Shown here one piece after another: positions 28,845-32,000 of a DNA stretch of 32,000 bases. The first letter of the stretch is position 1. Every line of letters starts with the position of its first letter. This stretch comes from Aliivibrio fischeri ES114 (GTDB lineage Bacteria; Pseudomonadota; Gammaproteobacteria; Enterobacterales; Vibrionaceae). The notes under the pieces are model-generated. The model did not search any database. It was not told the origin of the DNA and saw only the letters and a list, made by a program, of their open reading frames with translations. Location of the stretch: assembly GCF_000011805.1 (NCBI RefSeq), contig NC_006840.2; one strand, written 5' to 3'. The position numbers were made by a program, and so were the translations under genes.

Positions 28845-29813
28845 ATGACAAAGATTTACGAAGATAATTCTCAAACTATTGGTAATACACCACTTGTTCG
28901 CCTAAACCGTGTAAGCAAAGGTAACGTTCTTGCAAAAGTAGAAGCTCGTAACCCTAGTTTTAGTGTTAAATGTCGTATTGGCGCCAACATGATTTGGGAA
29001 GCGGAAAAAGCTGGTACGCTAAAAGAAGGGATTGAACTAGTAGAGCCTACATCAGGTAATACAGGTATTGCGCTTGCTTTTGTTGCTGCAGCACGTGGTT
29101 ATAAACTAACTCTAACGATGCCAGCCTCAATGAGCCTTGAGCGTCGTAAACTACTTAAAGCATTAGGCGCAAACCTTGTTTTGACTGAAGCGCCTAAAGG
29201 TATGGGTGGAGCTATTGCTAAAGCTGAAGAAATTGTTGCAAGCGACCCAAGTAAGTACCTACTTCTTCAACAATTTAACAACCCAGCAAACCCTGCTATT
29301 CATGAAAAAACAACAGGTCCAGAAATTTGGGAAGCAACTGAAGGCAATGTTGATGTGTTCGTAGCCGGTGTAGGTACAGGTGGCACATTAACAGGTACAA
29401 GCCGTTACCTAAAACACACCCAGAATAAAGCCGTTCTTTCTGTTGCTGTTGAACCAGCAGAGTCTCCAGTTATTGCTCAAGCGTTAGCTGGTGAGGAGAT
29501 CAAACCTGCTCCACATAAGATCCAAGGTATTGGTGCTGGTTTCATCCCTGGTAACTTAGATCTAACACTAATTGACCGTGTTGAAGCAGTAACATCTGAA
29601 GATGCAATTGAAATGGCTCGCCGATTAATGGAAGAAGAAGGGATTCTTGCTGGTATTTCTTCTGGTGCAGCTGTAGTCGCAGCTAATCGAATTGCAGAAC
29701 TACCTGAATTTGCTAATAAACAAATTGTTGTAGTGTTACCAAGCTCTGGTGAGCGTTACTTAAGCACAGCATTGTTTGCGGGTTTGTTTACTGAACAAGA
29801 AAATGAGCAATAA
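28845..29813 (+). CDS. cysK: Cysteine synthase A (ORF track starts at 28830; MTKIYEDNS at 28845 has the better SD AAGGA)
   Basis: [41 protein letters not shown]; [28 protein letters not shown]. Confidence 0.97.
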   Translation: MTKIYEDNSQTIGNTPLVRLNRVSKGNVLAKVEARNPSFSVKCRIGANMIWEAEKAGTLKEGIELVEPTSGNTGIALAFVAAARGYKLTLTMPASMSLERRKLLKALGANLVLTEAPKGMGGAIAKAEEIVASDPSKYLLLQQFNNPANPAIHEKTTGPEIWEATEGNVDVFVAGVGTGGTLTGTSRYLKHTQNKAVLSVAVEPAESPVIAQALAGEEIKPAPHKIQGIGAGFIPGNLDLTLIDRVEAVTSEDAIEMARRLMEEEGILAGISSGAAVVAANRIAELPEFANKQIVVVLPSSGERYLSTALFAGLFTEQENEQ

Positions 29814-29851
29814 ATTTGTAACATCTATGTGTTCAAATCAATTTTTTATCC

Positions 29852-29877
29852 AAAAAAGCCCCTTCTGGGGTTTTTTT
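29852..29877 (+). terminator. Intrinsic terminator after cysK
   Basis: AAAAAAGCCCC-TTCT-GGGGTTTTTTT. Confidence 0.85.
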
Positions 29878-30010
29878 GTTGATTTCATTTCCCTCCTTAG
29901 TAATAATCAAGCCACTTTATTTTTAGGTGTAAAATAATTACACTCGAATACAAAGTAACAATTTTGAACTAGCTTAATATTACAAAATAAGAAAGAATGT
30001 ATAAATTACT

Positions 30011-30107
30011 GTCGTTAACTAATTTCGTTGAAGATAGATTGTTTCTAGGTCTATGATGTGCGAAAGTACGTGCGCAAACCGAATTGGTTAACGACACTAA
30101 TTTCAAC
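30011..30107 (+). promoter_or_regulatory. Putative structured 5' leader upstream of ptsH
   Basis: Arms 30011-30029 and 30077-30095 can pair over about 18 bp with one mismatch; two smaller internal stems; competing pairing GTTGAA (30027-30032) with TTCAAC (30102-30107). Confidence 0.55.
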
Positions 30108-30133
30108 ATAAAATATAAATCGGGGTATACACA

Positions 30134-30391
30134 ATGTATTCACAAGACGTAGTAATCACTGCAGAAAACGGCCTTCACACTCGTCCAGCGGCTCAGTTCG
30201 TTAAAGAAGCAAAAGGTTTTGATGCAAAAATCACTGTTACTTCTAACGGTAAAAGTGCAAGTGCTACTAGCCTTTTCAAACTACAAACTTTAGGTCTAAC
30301 TAAAGGTACTAACGTAACTATCTCTGCTGAAGGCGCACAAGAGAAAGAAGCAGTAGACCACCTAGTTAAACTAATGGACGAGCTGCACTAA
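30134..30391 (+). CDS. ptsH: Phosphocarrier protein HPr
   Basis: 85 aa; [28 protein letters not shown] (His-15 site GLHTRPA). Confidence 0.98.
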   Translation: MYSQDVVITAENGLHTRPAAQFVKEAKGFDAKITVTSNGKSASATSLFKLQTLGLTKGTNVTISAEGAQEKEAVDHLVKLMDELH

Positions 30392-30446
30392 TCAGCTTTT
30401 CTTTATTATTTTCATTCTCTAATTTGATCAATTTTAAGGTAAAGCT

Positions 30447-32000
30447 ATGATTTCTGGCATTCTAGCATCTCCAGGTATTGCTTTTGGTAAAGCACTACTA
30501 CTTCAGGAAGATGAAATTGTCCTAAACAAAACTCCAATCTCTGATTCTCAAGTAGAAACAGAAGTTCAACGTTTCTTTGATGCTCGTAATAAGTCTTCTG
30601 AGCAATTAGAAGCTATCAAAGCAAAAGCGCTAGCAACTTTCGGCGAAGAAAAAGAAGCTATTTTTGAGGGGCACATTATGCTTCTTGAAGATGAAGAGCT
30701 AGAAGAAGAAATCTTAGCCCTTATTAAAGATGATAAAATGGCTGCAGACTTTGCTATTCACTCTGTAATTGAAGAGCAAGCGTGTGCACTAGAGTCATTA
30801 GATGATGATTATCTAAAAGAGCGCGCTACAGATATCCGTGATATCGGTAGCCGCTTTGTTAAAAACGCACTAGGCATCAACATTGTTTCACTAAGTGATA
30901 TCAATGAAGAAGTAATCCTAGTTGCTAACGACCTTACTCCTTCAGAAACAGCACAAATCAACCTAGACTACGTTCTTGGTTTTGCTTGTGACATCGGTGG
31001 TCGTACATCTCATACATCTATCATGGCGCGTTCTCTTGAGCTTCCTGCTATCGTTGGTACTAACGATATCACTAAGCAAGTGAAAAATGGCGACATGCTA
31101 ATTCTTGATGCTGTTAACAACAAAATTGTTATCAACCCATCAGAAGCTGAACTAACTGAATCTAAAAAAATCCGTGACGACTTAGTTGCAGAGAAAGAAG
31201 AGTTAGCAAAACTTAAAGACCTACCAGCTATCACTCTAGATGGTCACCAAGTAGAAGTTTGCGGTAACATCGGTACAGTTAAAGACTGTGACGGTATTAT
31301 CCGTAACGGTGGTGAAGGTGTTGGTCTGTATCGTACAGAATTCCTATTCATGGATCGTGATGCACTTCCTACTGAAGAAGAGCAATATGTTGCTTATAAA
31401 GAAGTAGCAGAAGCGATGCATGGTGAACCAGTGATCATCCGTACAATGGATATCGGTGGTGATAAAGATCTACCATACATGGATCTTCCAGAAGAAATGA
31501 ACCCATTCCTAGGCTGGCGTGCGGTTCGTATTAGCTTAGACCGTCGTGAAATCCTACGTGACCAATTACGTGGTATTCTACGTGCATCAGCACACGGTAA
31601 GCTACGTATCATGTTCCCAATGATCATTTCTGTTGAAGAAATCCGTGAACTGAAAAAAGCGATTGAAGAATACAAAGCAGAACTTCGTGCTGAAGGTCAT
31701 GCATTTGACGAAAACATCGAAATCGGTGTAATGGTTGAAACTCCTGCAGCTGCAGCGATTGCACACCACCTAGCTAAAGAAGTGAGCTTCTTCTCTATCG
31801 GTACTAACGACTTAACACAATATACTCTTGCTGTTGACCGTGGTAACGAAATGATTTCTCACCTATACAACCCACTATCTCCAGCGGTTCTGCTTGTAAT
31901 CAAGCAAGTAATCGACGCTTCTCATAAAGAAGGCAAATGGACTGGTATGTGTGGTGAGCTAGCAGGTGATGAGCGTGCAAGCCTACTTCTTCTAGGTATG
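30447..32000 (+). CDS. ptsI: PTS enzyme I (5' part; runs off the right edge; not in the ORF track as a plus-strand ORF)
   Basis: ATG at 30447: [29 protein letters not shown]...; open through 32000; contains GCTSSHTSI-like active site ([24 protein letters not shown]). Confidence 0.97.
   Translation, partial: MISGILASPGIAFGKALLLQEDEIVLNKTPISDSQVETEVQRFFDARNKSSEQLEAIKAKALATFGEEKEAIFEGHIMLLEDEELEEEILALIKDDKMAADFAIHSVIEEQACALESLDDDYLKERATDIRDIGSRFVKNALGINIVSLSDINEEVILVANDLTPSETAQINLDYVLGFACDIGGRTSHTSIMARSLELPAIVGTNDITKQVKNGDMLILDAVNNKIVINPSEAELTESKKIRDDLVAEKEELAKLKDLPAITLDGHQVEVCGNIGTVKDCDGIIRNGGEGVGLYRTEFLFMDRDALPTEEEQYVAYKEVAEAMHGEPVIIRTMDIGGDKDLPYMDLPEEMNPFLGWRAVRISLDRREILRDQLRGILRASAHGKLRIMFPMIISVEEIRELKKAIEEYKAELRAEGHAFDENIEIGVMVETPAAAAIAHHLAKEVSFFSIGTNDLTQYTLAVDRGNEMISHLYNPLSPAVLLVIKQVIDASHKEGKWTGMCGELAGDERASLLLLGM

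Noticed and set aside
31010-31675. Minus-strand ORFs 31010..31234 and 31394..31675
   Set aside because: Shadows of ptsI, which is open on the plus strand from 30447 to the window edge but is missing from the ORF track because it has no stop in the window.

Overview
This 32 kb window is mostly a conserved Vibrionaceae flagellar/chemotaxis locus, followed by housekeeping genes. Gene content and order suggest the Aliivibrio / Vibrio fischeri group (inference). In order: 5' end of a flagellin gene; flgL, flgK, flgJ, flgI, flgH, flgG, flgF, flgE, flgD, flgC, flgB, cheR and cheV, all on the minus strand; flgA, flgM and flgN on plus; flgP and flgO on minus; flgT on plus; an unassigned TPR/membrane protein and a 57-aa secreted-type peptide gene missing from the ORF track, both on plus; gltX, an uncharacterised lipoprotein, an OmpU-like porin, ligA and zipA on minus; cysZ, cysK, ptsH and the 5' part of ptsI on plus. 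Sigma-54 -24/-12 motifs lie upstream of flagellin, flgK, flgF and flgB, and two tandem sigma-28-like motifs lie upstream of flgM. I saw no CRISPR array, tRNA/rRNA, IS element or defence island. The least-explained signals are: (i) the TPR 'sensor without output domain' gene plus the adjacent secreted two-cysteine peptide gene; (ii) a long, possibly multibranched inverted-repeat leader upstream of ptsH; (iii) strong hairpins inside flagellar operons (flgD/flgE gap, flgI/flgJ gap); (iv) a nested GCGGCA inverted repeat between flagellin and flgL; (v) a hairpin leader on the porin mRNA; and (vi) a 39-bp tandem repeat after flgN. No previously undescribed system can be proven from sequence alone.
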